A stretch of DNA of 36,933 nt from Chiloscyllium plagiosum (taxonomy: Eukaryota). The notes beneath the pieces were generated by a model that was not told the DNA's origin, made no database searches, and was given only the letters and a program-made list of their open reading frames with translations. Shown here piece after piece: positions 35,701-36,933 of this stretch (position 1 is the first letter of the stretch; the number at the start of each line of letters is the position of its first letter). The DNA is taken from contig NC_057720.1 of the NCBI RefSeq assembly GCF_004010195.1, positions 5,197,662 through 5,234,594 on the forward strand, given 5' to 3'. The position numbers and the translations under genes are program-made.

Positions 35701-36933
35701 CTATAAATTCACTTTCACTGTCAGTTTATTTTCTTCCTAATTCTGACACAAATATCTAAACATTGATCAGAATAATAATTATATAATTTAAAATAGCATA
35801 GCTCTACAAGGAAATCAATGGATCAAAATAAAATGCTTGCATTTCCTCCATTATTGAGCAAAAAGAAAATTTTGTCCAATAATCACTGAATGGATCTTTT
35901 TTTGTGTGTGTTCGGTCTTTAAACCTGTGTTGAATTCCTTTGTTTACCAACCTTCATGACTATCCAATCAACATCGCAGCAAAGTGCTGTTAAGATATTG
36001 AATCACTTTATTTGCTTCCATTGCAACATTAATTATCCATTCATTATCATTGCAATTATTCCACAATTATTTCAATTAGTCTTTCTATCAAATGTTGTGA
36101 GATTCATTTGTATCTTAGCATGAATACTACAATATAAAATCCATTTTTTCAGCTCAACTATCCCACAATGGAACCAATGACTTCCCATCAAATACTCTTT
36201 GTAAATATCTGATATTTACCCATTTGAATAATCACAATAATCTCAGACTTTAAAATTCAGAGAACTATAATTACCTTTTATTGGAATAATTCCTGTTTGT
36301 TTCGAAACATTGCTCAGTCACACAGCAAGATGAGATTTCTCATTATTCTTAAACAGACTGATAGGATTTTGACAATCCAACTGTTGCTAATATCTAATAA
36401 TTGTTCAATCTAGTATGATATATCAATGTGGAATTCCAACTCAGTATATGAACAAATATAAAATTATGGCAGTATATAATCTCTCAATCATTGTGAGCAT
36501 CAAGTTTTATTTTAATGATGGCAACACTGTTGAATTGTCTTTCAAATCAACATGAGTTTTTAATCTGACGTTCATTACAATAATTACAATGCTATTTGTT
36601 TTCTTCAGGCCACATAGAACTGCTGGTTCGGTATTCCTTCGAAAATATTTGAGAATGTTGCTGTCTTAAAGAAGAAAGAGTTGAAGTAAGGATATTCATC
36701 AATTCCTTTTCCAAAAAGCTTTGCTCAAACAACTAAAACATATAAAAGCTTATTCTCCATGAAAAGAAAATCAATTTCTTCTTCAATAAAATAAACAAAT
36801 GCCATTTCCTATTATTCATCAATCAGCTGATTTCCTGCATTTGTAACTAAATGTTGTATTTTTTCTAATGTCTTTATATCTTTTACTCAAAGTTATTTTT
36901 AAATTATTGTTTAGGTTATGAATTGTCTGAATT

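Larger units (their letters stand above)
19333..36933 (-). pseudogene. Degenerate tandem array of ApoB beta1-like coding units (~1.3 kb unit, ~3.8 kb higher-order period)
   Basis: Recurrent anchors: gat(c/t)ttaatg..(t/c)atc(t/c)aatcaa at ~24005, 25495, 34585 and 35950; gaattat.nctcagtac at ~21247, 25980, 31445, 35125 and 36430. 22780-23820 aligns with 32980-33900, and 22780-22940 with 36770-36933. Minus-strand peptides such as SYAITELQYKISIAFIG..NNKILTQIAILNSNY resemble ApoB SYAEMKFDHTNSLNIAG..SDKFYKQTVNLQLQPY. The array itself is certain; the ApoB identity is inferred. Confidence 0.62.

Noticed and set aside
19333..36933. Array as an endogenous virus gene family or CRISPR-like array
   Set aside because: No viral hallmark motifs and no short identical repeats with spacers. 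The units are kb-scale and fit ApoB beta1 better.
19333..36933. Alternative genetic code explaining the stops
   Set aside because: All three stop codons occur, along with frameshifts and TE insertions; ordinary decay is sufficient.

Overview
Eukaryotic, repeat-rich genomic DNA. The HE1/V-SINE, CR1 LINE and Penelope-derived repeats point to an elasmobranch (shark); this is an inference. There are two assembly gaps (500 N at 18833-19332; 746 N at 31838-32583) and no intact protein-coding gene. The non-TE DNA does not look like ordinary intergenic sequence. Left of the first gap, hand translation gives a co-linear chain of peptide fragments resembling apolipoprotein B on the + strand (~270-18330). 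It is full of stops, frameshifts and TE insertions and apparently lacks several introns, so it is a probable ApoB retro-pseudogene. Right of the gap (19333-36933) is an ancient AT-rich tandem array with a ~1.3 kb unit, a ~3.8 kb higher-order period and an internal inverted block. Its decayed reading frame resembles the ApoB beta1 (beta-belt) region amplified about ten or more times. The Penelope termini carry minimal hammerhead ribozyme motifs. All ApoB comparisons were made by eye against the human sequence as I recall it and need a real alignment.
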